Of a stretch of DNA of 64,000 nucleotides, positions 36,701 to 51,800 are shown piece by piece. The translations under genes were made by a program, and so were the position numbers. The notes under the pieces are model-generated. The model was not told the origin of the DNA, searched no databases, and was given only the letters and a program-made list of their open reading frames with translations. Position 1 is the first letter of the stretch. Each line of letters starts with the position of its first letter. Origin of the DNA: Selaginella moellendorffii (taxonomy: Eukaryota; Plantae; Lycopodiophyta); assembly GCF_000143415.4 (NCBI RefSeq), contig NW_003314269.1, forward strand, positions 272,401 to 336,400. The letters are read 5' to 3'.

Positions 36701-39700
36701 TATTGACAAACTCATCAAATAAATTTTGGTTGAGTGTCATGATGTGCCAAGTGCTAGGCATTCAGGGGTATTGAGAACATATATGTTGGTGAAGAGGAAT
36801 TTCTTTTGGCCTGGGAAAAAAGTTAGATGTTGAAAAGTATGTACGTGGTTGTTTGACCTACCAGGCGGTCAAAGCTGATCATCAGAAACTCACTAGCCTC
36901 TATCATCCTTTACGTGTACCCGAGAATAAGTAGGATAGCATCTCAATGGATTTATCATTGGTTTGCCCAAGACTTTTTGAGGAAATGATGCTATTTGGGT
37001 TGTTGTGGATCGTTTGATGAAGATGATTCACTTCTTCCCTGTGAAGATGATGAAAAAAGCTTCTGAACATGCTCAGTTGTTTGTAGACTGGCTATTTAGT
37101 CTCTATAGTTTGCCGGGTGATATTGTGAGTGATCGAGATCCTAAGTTCACGTCCAAGTTTTGGCAAATGGTCTTTGAGAAGCTAGAGTGTAGCGCACGTG
37201 GTTTTGACCCTTTATCCTATAGTGATTTACCATAGGATAACACCACGAAGCGGAACCTAAACCCTCTTTATGCCACATAATACATGCCATGTGTCCAAAA
37301 GACAGTGGTGTGGAACCCAAGGTTCAGGGCCTTGGGCCACTGAACGAAGGAACAGTGCCAAACTCCCAAGCATGAAGCCAAGGAGTGATGAAATCAGACC
37401 ACAGAGCAACTCTCGAGCATATAGCCCAAGGAGCAAAGGGACAGGAGCCCAGAGCGACTTGGCACAGTCCTAGAGCAACCAGCATCCTAATGCCAGAACT
37501 AGCACACAAAACGGAGCCAAACAGAGTCTGGCACTATTTTGGCATATCGGTGGTATAACGCAAGGACATGGGTACTCCACTAGCTAGCATGGAATGGAAC
37601 TTGGGCTTAAACCTAAGCCGAACACAGAACAGGGACAGGCACGCAAGCAGAAGCTACACTACGCCTCAGGTTAGTCAACCATGCCTGACCTACCCACTAT
37701 CCCTATTATACATTTGGAACCCCCCATAAGGACTGGCTGACAGGTAACTTTCGATACCCGAAGTCACATTCCCGACACTCTCCCCCCCATATCACTACTA
37801 AAAAGGTTTTTGTGAGTATCAAGTGTCAACTCAACTTGACAAAATGCAACATAAACGTCACACTCCACCGATAAAGATTTACAACACCCAAAACCACTAA
37901 CTTTTGTTCACAACATGGACAAGTTCATGCCACTCTCTTTCCGACTAAACTCAAAACTAATCAACACCAAGCTACTCAAGGAGCAATAGCAAGGTTCCCC
38001 AGAAAAGAATTGAGCATTGCAACCCAAGTCTTTAATAACAAACCTACACAAAATGGTTTAACACTTCACCACTATCCATCCCATAACTCACCATTTGTAA
38101 GACCACCATAACCATCACACATCAAGGTAGGGACCCTTGATTGCATAATATGAACACGAGCAATGAGTCACACCTCGTTACGAATCATCTCTCCAAGAAG
38201 AGAAGATGATTTACGTGTTTGATCCTTCGTCCCTGACGACTCTCTTTTCGGTCTCATCTTTGACTAAACCTCAAGCTTGCTTTCACATTGCCTTTAGTCC
38301 AATCCAAGAAAAATTTATGAGAGAGCACGGCTTGATTATTTGAACCAATAGACTAATCCCTATAGTCTTGATTGATCCACTCATAATCATGCCTAAGAAG
38401 GATCCACTAATGCCACGCTAAACAGCTACGGACCAGCCTATTTGCCACTCATAGCAAACTCAGGGAAAGTTTACTTAAACCCACAGGGGGGGCTGTGGGG
38501 GGTTCCAAATGTATAGTAGGGATAGTGGGTAGGTCGGGAATGGCCGACCAACCTAAGACATAGTCTAGCTCTCGCTTGCGTGTCTATCCTTGTTCTGCGT
38601 CCGGCTTGAGTCTAAGCCCAAGTTCCATTCCATGCTAGCTGATGGAGTACCCATGTCCTTGCGTTAGACCACCGGTATGCCGAAATAGCGCCAGACTCCA
38701 TTTGGCTCCGTTTTGTGTGCTGGTTCTAGCATTAGGATGCTGGTTGCTCTAGGACTGTGCTAAGTCACTCCGGGCTCCTATCCCTTCACTCCTTGGACTG
38801 TATGTTTGGGAGTTGCTCCGTGGTCCAGTTTCGTCACTCCTTGGCTCAATGTTTAGGAGTTTGTCACCGTTCCTTCGTTCAGTGGCCCAAGACTCTGAAC
38901 CTCGGATTCTGCACCACTGTCCTTTGGACACGTGGCATGTATCACATGGCATAAAGAGGGTTTAGGTTCTGCTTCGTGGTGTTATCCTATGGTAAATCAC
39001 CATAGGATAAAGGGTCAAAACCACGTGTGCTACATTTGTATTGGAGCATGAGTCTCAGCGAGTGCTATCCAATTTGCTGACTTTGACTACCCATTTGGAG
39101 ACACAAGTTGTACAAGATACGAGGATTGCCTTTTGTGTGGTTTCAGAAATTGTGCAAAATTATACAAGCAATGCTATCCAAAATGGCGATGCAACACTTG
39201 CAAGCAAGCAAAAGCAAGACTCCGAATCATGGATGAAAATGCCACAGTAGAAGAGAGAGAAACGAGAAGAAATAGCCCAAGAAGACGACACTAAAAAGAG
39301 TAATGATAGTTTAGAAAAAGAAGAGAAACAAAGCTTTGGTTACTTTCAAAAACTTTAAGAAACACTTTTGCGACTCTTTTACAAATTAGGAAGAATGCAA
39401 AAATGAGGAAATGTTGAAAGAAAAACATGTTTACTTTGATTTCTTCGCAACTCAAAGAACCTTGTCTTGGGTGTATCATGGACACATCTTTCAACAAACA
39501 ATTATCAAATTCCTGGGCATACATAAACATGAAACTTTTCAACTATTAACACTTGTTTTCAACACTGATTTGACGAGAGTTTTAGCAGCAACAGAGTATG
39601 AAACCTTTGAACCACAAGTTCGTTAGTTTGTTGACATACTTAGATTTAGAGATTTTGAAGAGAATGCAAAACTACTTTACTGAATTCTTCAAAGTCCTCT

Positions 39701-41293
39701 AGGTGTAATGCTACCAACAAGCACTCTTAATGAACTATACACTATAGCATATTGGCATCGTTTAGGACAGACAAGAATAGCTGGAGAATTAAGAAATCAA
39801 GAATAGGGCAATCAACAAATTCGAATTGGGAATTTGAGTTCAAGAAACCGATGGGAACCTGAACTTGTGACAAGTTCAAGGGAACATTTTGGAAGCTCAA
39901 GGATTACGAATCGAAGGAGGAGAACTTTAAGACAAAATCACAATGGGCCAAGATTAAATACAGTAATAAACTTCAACTTTGACACTGAGGTCCAACATCG
40001 AAACCCCAGCTTAGAAATACATATCACTCGCAACCAACAAAGAAGAGTGCGTCAAGGAATCTCAACATTTTAAGGAGTATTTTAGGAGATCCTGTGTCAA
40101 GATTACAAACTTATAATGCAAGAATATTAATTGAGACTATACCTTGGGAAGTTCGTGAAGCGATCAACTCTGATCGTGGAAGAGAACGTGCTATACGACA
40201 GAGGGAAGTAGAACAAGATCGGCAAGAACAGCCTCAGGGAAATGCACTATCACGAAATTGACCATAGAGAAAAGCGCACTAGATAGATTTGCGCACACAT
40301 AGGCTTACAGCAACAAAAATCTGTTAGAATCCATACTTTGACGTGTGGACGTCACTTAAGACAAGAAACATACAAGAATTAGGACATTTAAAAAAATAAA
40401 AAATACAACTACTACTATATTCAGCATCTTCAAATCTTACCAATGACTGGGAAACACAAAAGCTTATAGTGAGAGCTCACATTCCAAAACAACCAACACA
40501 TTGTAAGAGATCAAAACAATTATTCAAGATTGAACTACTAAAGAGAGTTGCAATCGTTTGCACACCTGCTTGAACCTAAAGAAGGCGAGCAGTATCCAAT
40601 ATTACCAGCGAACAGTTATATCAATCAATTTATGACACAACCAACCTCCTTCCACAAACAAAATTGTACTTACTTACACCACCAGATTTTTCAAATACAA
40701 AACCTTTCCTGAGCTAGACTTAGGAAAGTGACCTCAAGAAGAAACTCGGGAAGAATCGAGTAAGAAAAACTCGATTGAAAACTCAAGACACAAGAGCTTG
40801 ACTTCACATTTATATTACAAAACTAAACTTGCAGAAGACTCAAGACACAAGAGCTTGACTTTGCAATCTATGAAGAACAACAATTGACTCAAGATAACAT
40901 AGGCAAAACACAAATGCAGGAAACTTACCTTAACACTCAAGTTGAGAAGACTTAGCAAACTGAATGTACAAATAGAAACCAGACCCAATCAAGATCCAAG
41001 AAAGAGATCTTCGACAAAAGAATCGAGAAGTGAAAAAGGAAGAGGTAGTAAAAGAGAAATTAGAACAACAACAGCAACAAATTTTAGAAACAATTTTAAA
41101 CAAGTACGACAAAGAGGATAAACAAATTCAAGTTGCCGAGACAAGCAACCTAGTTAAAGATAACAAAGACCTGAATATCAAAGATGCCCCAGAATTTGAG
41201 GCATTTGAAGAAGTAGAATACATAGCACCAGAGTTTTACTCAAATCCAGACTTACCAGAACAACAACTCAACCAACAAAGTCTACAACCACCT

Positions 41294-44200
41294 ATGGCAA
41301 TCATCAATCCAATGAGTACAATTGGAAGCATGGTTACATATCCAATTTTCACAGGAAGTAAGTCAGAAGATTCAGAATTACATGTAAAACAATTTAACTA
41401 AATTGTCAAAATGAACAATCAAGAATAGCATCAAGTTATACTTTTCCCATACACACTTAAAGGAAAAGCTCTTGAGTGGTATCATACACTAGAGGATTCT
41501 GTACCACATGACGAGAAACTTGAACAATTCAAGGAACAATTCCCAGCCGGAGGAACACCAGAGGAGCATTATGAGCAAATTAAGAATATAAAACAATGAC
41601 CAAATGAAGGAATTCAAGACTATACTAGACAATTCAAATTACATGCAAAGAAATGTAAAGATTTCATCACCGACAAAGGCAAGAGTTTGTCTTATATACA
41701 AGGATTACGAGAAGTTTATTACAACATGATCGCATTGGCTGATACAACTGATGAAGAAAGTATTTATTTACTGTCACAAGGAATCTTAAAACTTGAGAAA
41801 CGGTTTAAGTAGTTCACTAAAGGTGAATCTTCTCATGTTAATGATGACTCAGATGATGAAGAGGAAGAAATACTAATCAAGACCAAAAAGAAACAAACAC
41901 AGAGAAAAGACATTAGACATGTATTGAAGAAGTTAGCTTCAACAGAACTTAAACAAGGAGTCTTTTGTAGAAAATGCAAAAATGAAGGACATTTTATTTC
42001 AGACTATAAATTCCATTTACCCAAATGTCAGATTTGTGATAGAGAAGGACATATAGCCAAGAATTGTCAATATAGGAATACCACCGGAGTTTCAAGAGTG
42101 GAAAATGTTCAACGAGGAACACCACGATAAAATTATCAAGGAAATAACAACCAAGAACAAAGGCCACTAAGAAACTATTACTACCAAGATAATCAACAAT
42201 ATAATCAAGGATATAATCGTGGATATAATTCCCCACAAAATCAAAACTATAGTCAAGGACAATATGATTATAGAGGCAATTACAACCCACAACGATACAA
42301 TGGACACCAAAACAATTATCAATGTCCACAAGGGAACAACTACAACCAAAGCCAACAAAGGCAATATAGCAATTACAACAATCAAGCATCACAACAGAAT
42401 TATCAACCAAGACAAAATCAACCACAAGAAAACAAATTTGACAACAATACAATCCACAAAACCAAAAAGTCAATCAAGCTCCTGCTGGAAGACCACCAGT
42501 AGCATGAGTAATTCAAGCGGAAGTTGATGTAGAAGATGAAGAACAACTAAGGACTGAAGAACTAGAAGTTCTGGCAATCACAAGAACACAATATGAATGT
42601 CAACAACCTGATAATTATGAAGAACAAGAAAAAAGTGACCATGTATTAGAAATCAAGAATACCAAGTGGAAAAAGAGTAAAAAAATACTTAACACCATTC
42701 AACAAGAGCTTCAAAACAAAGATCCCAAAATTATTAATGATCAAATATACAATCAAAACGACCAAACTCAAGTATTAAACTTTACTCAAGAAGAGCATAC
42801 AACCATTGCCAAGCACATACTATATCAGGGAATTACTTTGACCCTACAACAAATACTGCAAATAGCACTATATATAAAAGATCAAATCTTAAAGATATGT
42901 ACTCGAAGGATCCTTGAAGTTTGCATACAAGAAAAACACCAATCTCAACCAACACAACAAGAACAAGTTGAAAGAATCCAACCCGGTGATTATGATGATA
43001 ATGTACCTTGTATCAATGTACACATCAGCAAAAATCATATTGAAAGAGCTATCCTTGATAGAGGTTCTAGGGTTAATATCATTGAATATACACTATGCAA
43101 AGCTTTAGGATTGGGCAATATACAAACTACACCATTCAATGTACGCATGGCTGATCAAAGAGTTGTCAGACTAGTAGGCATCATCCGTGATGTCTCTATA
43201 ACAGTTAAAGGACATAAATTTAAAGTTAACTTTGTTATGTTAAAAATGTCGATTGAAGAATCTTCTTACGAAATCTTGTTAGGCAGACTCAAAGCTGTTT
43301 CTGCACAGTATTGGATGGAATATGAGATATGTATCCAATCCCAACAAGGACAAACTAAAATATCAACATTGACAAGTAAGAAAATCTCAAAGAATTTCCG
43401 ATTAACACAAGTTCAAGAATACAATTGGCAAGAAAGTTTAGACAATCTTGAAGAAGCTAAGTTATTTGAAGCATATCCTGAATTTAATGCAATTCAAGAA
43501 ATTGACTTCAACAGGATACTTTCTATAACCAAGTGTCAAGAATATGAAGATTCAAAACAACCCAATTTAAAGAAGACACATACAACAAAAACCACTATAC
43601 AAAAAGCAAGACCAGCGATACAACCCGAACAACTACAAACTATAGAATATCATCTAGATATACAAGACGAACTAGCATTCACCATTGAAAATGAAGAATT
43701 CAAACTTCGCGTAAATATCAATGAAGATATTGAAGAATTCAATCTAGAGATTCCCTCAAACCCATAAAACATCTTAATAGCTACACAACTCGACAAACCT
43801 TTTAAACTTGAGGCTACTGCATTCCTTACTAAGTATAAAGATGTCTTTGCGTGGTCATATAAAGACCTCAAGGGTATACCACCTAATTTATGTACACATC
43901 AAATTGAATTACTTCCAGGAATTCGACCCATTAAACAAACTGCTTACCAGATGAATCTAATATTTGCTGAGAAAGTAAAAGATGAACTCAACAAGTTCCT
44001 TGAAGCAGGATTTATATATCCAATACAAAATGCCCAATGGCTATCACCTTTAGTCATTGTACCCAAGAAAAATGGGAAATTACGCATCTATGTGAACTAT
44101 AAGAAGTTAAATGATGCCACTACGAAAGATGCATTTCCCATTCCATTTTCAAATGAAATACTTGATGTTGTTGCCGGACATGAGATGTACTTATTTCTTG

Positions 44201-46510
44201 ACAGTTTTTCCGGCTACAATCAAGAACATATAGCTGTCAAGGATCAACATAAAACAGCTTTCATAAGTCCATGGGGAGCATATGCATAAATGCGAATGCT
44301 ATTTGGATTAACCAATGCCCCATTTACATTTCAATGGATCATTACCGATACTTTCCAATATTATCTCACAAATTTCATGCGAGTCTTTATGGATGTCTTT
44401 ATGGATGACTTTAGTGTCTTTGGACCTAAAGACAAACACCTTGAATACCTCGAGAAATGTTTTATCAAATGCAGACAAAACCAAGTTGCTCTAAATCCTA
44501 AAAAATGTACTTTCTTTGTTAAATCAGGCATACTACTTGGCCATATTGTTTCCACTCAAGGCATTTAAATCGATAGAGCTAAAACCGACGTCATTATGAA
44601 AATGCAACCACCTCATGATCTCAAAAGCTTGCGTAGTTTTCTGGGCAAGATGGGTTACCATAGAAGATTTATCAAGGACTATGCCAAAGTCACTACACCA
44701 TTAACTGAATTACTTAAGAAAGACAAATTTTATCACTGGACTCAAGAATGTCAGTATGCATTCTTGGTACTCAAAAAAAAACTTACACAGGCACCAATTC
44801 TGGTCCAACCAAACTAGACTCAAGAATTTCTTATACAAGTTGATGCCTCTAACTATGTGTTAGGAGCAATTCTTTGCCAAAGAAAAGATGATCATCGTGA
44901 TCACCCCACGACAACTTTCTCCACTTGAAATGAATTATACAACTATAGAAAAAGAAGCCTTAGGCATGATATATGCCTTGACCAAATTCCGACATTATTT
45001 ACTTTCCAACAAAATCAAAATATTTGTTGATCATCAAGCATTGATTCATCTACTCAACAAACCCATCCTAAGTGGCTGAATAGCAAGATGGTTCTTGTTA
45101 TTACAAGAATTCAATTTCAAAATAATTCACAAACCTGGCAAATACCACGAACAAGCTGATCATCTCGGTAAAATTACAACCGGAGAAAATATACAAGACC
45201 CCAACGATGATTTACCTGATTCACATCTTTTTAAGATTACCACCCACGATACACTACAAGAAATCTTTCATTATTTAACTACTACAAAACTTCCCACGTC
45301 ATGTACCACGCAAGATCAGAAGAAACAATTCGTCTTGAAGACATGACGATACTCAGTTGTCGGAGGAAGACTCTATAGAATTGGACGTGATAATATATTA
45401 AGAGGATGTGTACATTCACAAGAAGAGATACACGAGTTACTAGAAGAGGCTCATGCTGGTTGCTCTGGAGGGCATTTTGCAGAAGAAATTATAGCAAGGA
45501 AAATATTGCAAACAGGCCTATGGTGGCCTATATTATGGAAAGACACTTCACAGTTTTGTCAAACTTGTGATATTTATCAGCATACACAATTTCCACCCAA
45601 GAAACAAATACAAGAACTGAATCTGACTATAGCAATGGAACCTTTCTAAAGATGGGGCCTAGATTTTGTAGGACCCATATAAAAGAGCAGAAATGGAAAT
45701 CAATATATTTTGGTGGTAACAGATTATATGACAAAATGGGCAGAAGCCCAACCACTCAAGAAAGTGACAACAAAGAATAAAGCAAAGTTTCTTTATGAAA
45801 CAATTATCACAAAATATGGATTACCTCAAGAAATAGTAACGGATAGAGGAACACATTTCCTCAATGAAACAATCAAGATTTTACTAGACAAATTCTTCAT
45901 CAAACATAAGAAATCTACACCATATTATCCACAAGGCAACAGCCAAGTTGAATCCACAAATAAAACACTCAAGAATATATTGAAGAAAATAGTGCAAACC
46001 AATCTTAAAGATTGGGATAATAGAGTTTATGATGCTCTTTGGGCTTATAGAACAGCATATAAAGTTTCAATAAATTCAACTCCATTCAAATTAGCTTATG
46101 GACTTGAAGCTTTGACACTATTAGAATATATTGTACCATCCTTGAGAATGGCAATTCAACTGCAAATTAATCAAGAAGAATCGATCAAGAAAAGATTGGC
46201 TATGCTAGAAAAGTTAGATGAAGAAAGATTATATGCTTTATGGACAATTGAAGCCATACAAGCAAGGAGAAAAGCTTATCATGATAGAAAACAGATTAAA
46301 AAGAAAATTGATAGACTTGAAATTGGAAATTTTGTTCTATAGTATAAAGGAAATGTTGACAAAATCGGAGGCAAATTGGTACATCAATGGGAAGGACCAT
46401 TCAAGATCACAAATATGCAAACACCTGGCACAACTCAATTAGCAGCACTCGATGATAAAGAAATTCAAATAATTAATCTCAACAAATTGAGAAAATATCA
46501 AGAAGAACCA
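41294..46510 (+). pseudogene. Family B gag-pol, broken by stops and frameshifts
   Basis: LKGKALEWY, two zinc knuckles (CRKCKNEGH, CQICDREGHIAKNC), AILDRGSRVN, WLSPLVIVPKKNGKLR, FMDD, VDASNY, TDRGTHF, QWEGPF. Confidence 0.92.
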
Positions 46511-46891
46511 AGTATAGCGTATATGCAAGCCAAGCACACCATGCTGGAATTGACTACCAATGAAACCAAAACAAGTCCACAACAATTACAAACAACTTTA
46601 CTCAAGCAAAGACTTAATGAAAATGCAAGAACATCATATGAACGAAACAATAAAACAGAGTTAGCCTTAACCCTGACGGCGAGGAAGTGCGTGCTAGAAC
46701 AGCACAAGGGTAAGCTTGAGTGGCAAGAAAATCTTGAGGTCACAAGTGCACTAGAGACTGGTCATCAACTAAGCACCCTCATCCATCTCAAACGAGTGCA
46801 TCAAATTCTAAGAAACACACCAATCGAGAGAAACAAGAAGAAAGCAAGTAGAAAAAAGAGTGCCCACAAAAGAAGCAAGAAGAGCGTGTTC

Positions 46892-48830
46892 ATGAGTATA
46901 GAAAGAGCTCTCATATCTTTTCTTCTATTTGCATCACAGGTACAAGAGCATTCTCAACAGTGCCAAAGAGTCGACACAATGTGAACCAAGCAAACTCCCA
47001 AGACAGATACCATCATCCTCTCACAAAATCTCGAATGGCAATTTAATGCCGATGTCAAGCATTGGACTCGCACTCACAGCCTCTTCAACTTTGCAGAATG
47101 AATGGCGGGATATCTCATAAATCAAGTGAGCAATGAGAAGGCTCACTTGATGGATCTCGCCACCGGCCAGGTTGAACTTGAAGATTCGGAGGTGGCAGCA
47201 GCTCTATGTCTCCCAGACGAAGGCGAGCCAGTCTCTGCTCCATGCACATAGGCTTTAAGTCACGACATCATGAAAGATCCCGAGAGCTACAATTTGGCGC
47301 TTAGTTTGCAATTCTCCAACATCAAGGACAAGCTTTACAAAATCTTCAAGTTCCTTGTTCTCAGCCTGGAATTTTGGAAGACTGCCACGACAGTGAGCAG
47401 ATTAGTGGCCTTCATCTATGAAGATCTTCAAGCTGGGAAGAAAGTGGATTTAGCAAGATATGTGATCCTGAAGTTTCGTAGGGAACTCAAGAAGGTGACA
47501 GTAAATCTCAACACGAGGAGATGTGTGAAGACACTGATACTACCATATGTCCGAGCTATCATCATGCATAGAAGTCAAGCCATGGTGATCTACAGTCCAC
47601 CACCACTGCCTCTGCAGCACGCAGCCACAAAAAGTTCAAAGCGCCAAGCTGAAGAACACTTGATGAACACCAAGAAGAAAAAGGTCCAGCGAAAGATAGC
47701 AGAAACTCCACAAAGAAAGACACGGGGACAAGGCTGAAGAAACGTTGTGCCTCCATAGATTGACAGTGACGACAGTGATGTAAAAAATCTAGCATGAAGT
47801 GCCGAAACGACAACAACCAACAAGAACCTCTAGCTCCAAAACAAAACAGTAGCAGAGTTTGGCACCTACACAGCCATCAACGAAGAGCTTGCAGCCTCCT
47901 AGCACACCGCAATCGGATTTGCCACCATCACCACCGCAGGAACCGGCGCCATCTTTGTCTCCAGGTACAACAATTCCAGTGGACAATCACATTTTGCTGA
48001 CGTAGGATATTCTTGAAAATCCTGAGACGGTTACAAATCCACCATCCGTTGAGCAGGGGCACAACACTTTTTACAAACCACGCACACAGCAAGAGCAGAC
48101 CGCCGAGCAACACCAGCCTCAGCAGCAGCTTCCACCGTTGCAGCCCGTCGAACAGCACCAACATTAGCTGCCACAACCTGCTGAGTAGCCGTCTCCACCA
48201 CACCAGCATGCTGAGGAGCAGCCATCTTTGCCACAGCAGCCAACTGAGCTATAGCAGCCAGCTGAACCGCACCAGACATTTGCTCCAGCTATCACTGCCG
48301 ATAACATGCAGCTGCCTCGTTCAACAATGCAACACCAATTTCATCACGAGTGTGTGAACAACAAACACCACCACTACAATCAGGAGCAACAGGAGCATCA
48401 TCATCAGGAGCAGCAGCAACCGAAAGTGATCCATCCCATGCCTACAAACTTCCTGGAGCAGTACCATAACTCCAACATGGCGGTGTACACATGGGATGGC
48501 ATGGAGAGCTTTTTTCGCAATGTTTTTGCACGCCCACACGAGGAGAAAATGGCGAGCATGGCTCAAGAACTTGATCAGGTAAAGGGAATCCTTCGCACTA
48601 TATAGGCTCATGGACTCCCAATACCAAACACCTGCCGAGAATCATTTGAGTTAGCACAGCAGTACCAACTTGAGAATGCTCGCCTCACCAAAGAGAACAT
48701 GGAGCTCAAGGCCCGACTACAAGTGCTCAAGACTGCCATAAAGAACTACACTCGCGACGAGCTCGAGGACTACGAGGAAGAACCAGAGGCTAACACCACA
48801 ACTGCTACTACCACCACAATGAAAGCTTGA
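46892..48830 (+). pseudogene. Additional 3' ORF of family B element (decayed)
   Basis: Codon-like frame after integrase: EVAAALCLPDEG, GKKVDLARYV, KKKK basic patch, Q/P/A-rich stretch, coiled-coil-like end. Confidence 0.6.
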
Positions 48831-51800
48831 GCTGCAAGAGCTGCTCAACTCTAGTCATCGAAGAGTAGAAAGGTACATGCATTATTGCATCATGATTTTT
48901 GCACAAAGGCATTTCCTGAGTCAAGAATTGAGATCAGGATTACTTCTGGTCTAAATTCCTGATTAATAACATACACTCCACTTGCTCAACATCTACTTTT
49001 CTCTTCCATGCCTATCTTACTCACTGCCTTCTGGGGATCGAGGTTGTGAGATGTGCATCAATCTCAGCATCAACATCTTTGCAACAGCACATGGCTAAGT
49101 ATTTCTTTCCTTTTTATGTTTGGATATAGTTTAGATTAGAGAGGATTCACAAGATCATTGTAGAGGTGATTTTGTAGTTCTCCACTCTGGGACAAGCTCG
49201 AAACTTACTAAATATGGAATGGCGTTAGATTATGAATTTGGACACGGGACGAACACCATTGTGTTCAGGACCATCTCTACATTCTGTAGATATGCCAAAT
49301 GAGCAAATTTGAACACTTTCCATAAATAGCATTTGGGACCGAAACGAAACTAACGCAAAGGGCATGATAGCGAGGGTGTTTGGCAAACATGATAAGCTAT
49401 CATGTAGCGATATTGAGGGACTAATCTCAATACGCGAGGGTTTTTATCAAGCTTGTGCAAAACAGAGCAAAAGAGAACTAACAAGCTAGGCCTAGTATGC
49501 TCAGCTAAATAAACACTTAGGAATTCCTTCCTTATGCTCATCTGACCAAGTACAGATGCTAAGCTCAGTTTACTAACACTTGAACAAGAGGGGCTGATAA
49601 AGGGAACTAGCAATACCAACCTCCTGCCATCGTGGTAGTAAGGAAAGAGACTGGCCGATAGATAACTTTCGATACCCGAAGTCACATTTGCGACATAAAG
49701 ACTATGTTGAGCGTGAGTAGTGGTGAGCATCCACAATCTGATGGGCAAACAGAGTGCATGAATCAACTATTAGAAGATATGCTAAGGTCTTTTATACAAA
49801 ACTTGACTCGACAGGGAGTATGGGAGAAGCAGTTGCCTTTGCTTCAATTTGCTCATAAGAGTGCTCATCAATTGGCTATTAGCATGCCTCCCTTTATGGT
49901 GATGTATGGATATAAGCCTAAGTCTTCTGTGAGTTTGAATTTTGCTTTGGTTCGGGTATCTCATACTTGTGATTTCCTGGAGGATATGCAAGACAAGCTT
50001 GAATTGGCAAAGTTGAACATAAAGCAAACTCAAGAGCAAGACAAAAGATTAGTTGATGAGCATCGTTGTCATCAAGAGTACAAAATTGGTGACAAAATTT
50101 TCCTTAAGCTGTCGGATGTACAACAGTCTCTGAAAGAAGGTGGTAGTGTTAAGTTGTCTCCACAATATTGTAGGCCTTGGACAATTTTACAATGTGTAGG
50201 GGATCTTGCATACACTTTGGACTTGCCAGCTAGTTCGAAGATTCATCCGACGTTCCATGTGAGCAAGTTTAAAGCGTGTTTGCACTCTAGTGATGTTGTG
50301 GATCAGTCCATCATCCAGGTCTTAGAGATTGATGCAGAAAAGGTTGGTCTGGCCAATATTTTTGCTCAAAAATTGGTGAAAACACGCTAGAAGACAACTA
50401 AGGAGTTGTTAGTTCAGTGGAATGGTTATTCCATAGACAAAGCTACATGGGAAATTAAAGATAATGTGAAGAGAGTGTTTCCAAGTTTTGGTTATAACTT
50501 AGATAACATTTCTGAGGAAGGGGAGAATTGAGTTCTATAGCCATATTGCTATATGATTTGAACTGTTTGTTCTATTTTCATTCTCTTGTTTCCATGATTG
50601 TATTGTCATGTGAAAAAGCTATATTGCTTTCTTTCTTCAACGTTGGTGTTGTCATTTACACATTTTTTTCCATGGCTGTATTGCCTTGGACTCCCTTCAT
50701 GTGAGGCTCGTTTAGCTTCTCGAGGCTGTTGTATGTGGCTGGGTCATGAAGGAGGGGAGAATGACATGAACCATAGGAATATTCCATGGCCTGTGGGATT
50801 TAAAGCCATAACACCTTAAGCATTGGGAGGTTGGCCTAAGGTTCACTCTCTTGTTCATTTCACATGGTTCTTTAGCAAGCAATAAAAACCCAAAGTTGCT
50901 AGAAACCAAAACAACACCAGACTGCCAGTGAAAGCCTAGTGGAACCAAGATTGCCAATAACATGCTTGACATGAAGGTGATCTAGTGGCATATGAACTAC
51001 AATGGAAACTCCAAAGCTAGCATGGGCAAGGGTACCATGCCAAACAAGTCAATGCCTGAAAGACTCACAAGGTGAAGCACAAGCCATCAAAGGCTTACAA
51101 GATCTTCCACACCCTGTACCAACTAGTATTCATCAAGAACGTAGAAGTTTGGATATGCCAAATGTATGAGCTCGGGAGCACACCACCAGAATAGTTCCAG
51201 TGGACAGGGATGCTGGGTATCACTGTTCTTGAGATGGAGGCAATCAGTGATTTGCCACAGTGAAAAACAGCCAATGTATGTAGATTCATAACTAAGCTTT
51301 TGCAAATGTTGGATGCCAATTGGTTGGCCTCCATCTTGTGTCAACTCTTCAATAGGATAATGGAGCACCCCTACCATATGGAACATTAACAGAGTCGTCC
51401 CAATCTACAAAGTAGGAGACTTGGCAATCCCATTGAATTATTGCACCATCATGATGTTGATAATCTTCACCAAAAGGTGGTTGAGAAACACCTTGTGACA
51501 TGGATGGAAACGAATGGTTGTAAAGCCAAAGGACATGTGGCATTCAGGCCTCACTACTCTTGCACAGACCACCTAGTCACCCTCTGAGTGACACTTGAAA
51601 AGCTATACTATAATCAAAATGTCTCAATCTACGCAAGCTATGTGGATATTGTCAAGGCATTTGACAGGGTGTCACAAGCCAAGCTCTTTCAGCATAAGCT
51701 CAACATTTCACTTGAGCTGATACAGATGACTCTACAAGAATGTGTAAGAAGATGGCCTTGGTGTAAATTGTGACACTGGAGTTAGATGGGGATGCCCGCT

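Larger units (their letters stand above)
37188..49695. mobile_element. 12.5 kb non-chromovirus Ty3/gypsy (family B, Athila/Tat-like) with inverted interior
   Basis: TG..CA ends with TSD TAGAG/TAAAG; removing it restores the host integrase reading EKLETMLS; LTR termini are on the minus strand, coding region on plus. Confidence 0.88.
35172..50862 (+). mobile_element. Degenerate chromoviral Ty3/gypsy element with deletions, hosting the 12.5 kb insertion
   Basis: TSD CATGG (35167-35171 and 50863-50867); truncated 5' LTR to ~35242 then Met-type PBS TGGTATTGGAGC; integrase IVSDRDPKFTSKFW / HPQSDGQTE; chromodomain ELLVQWNGYSIDKATWE; PPT and 3' LTR 50529-50862. Confidence 0.88.

Noticed and set aside
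37188-39034. ~540 bp inverted repeats read as TIRs of a DNA transposon
   Set aside because: The repeats are LTR sequence with adjacent PPT and PBS; no TSD at 39034; explained by the inversion
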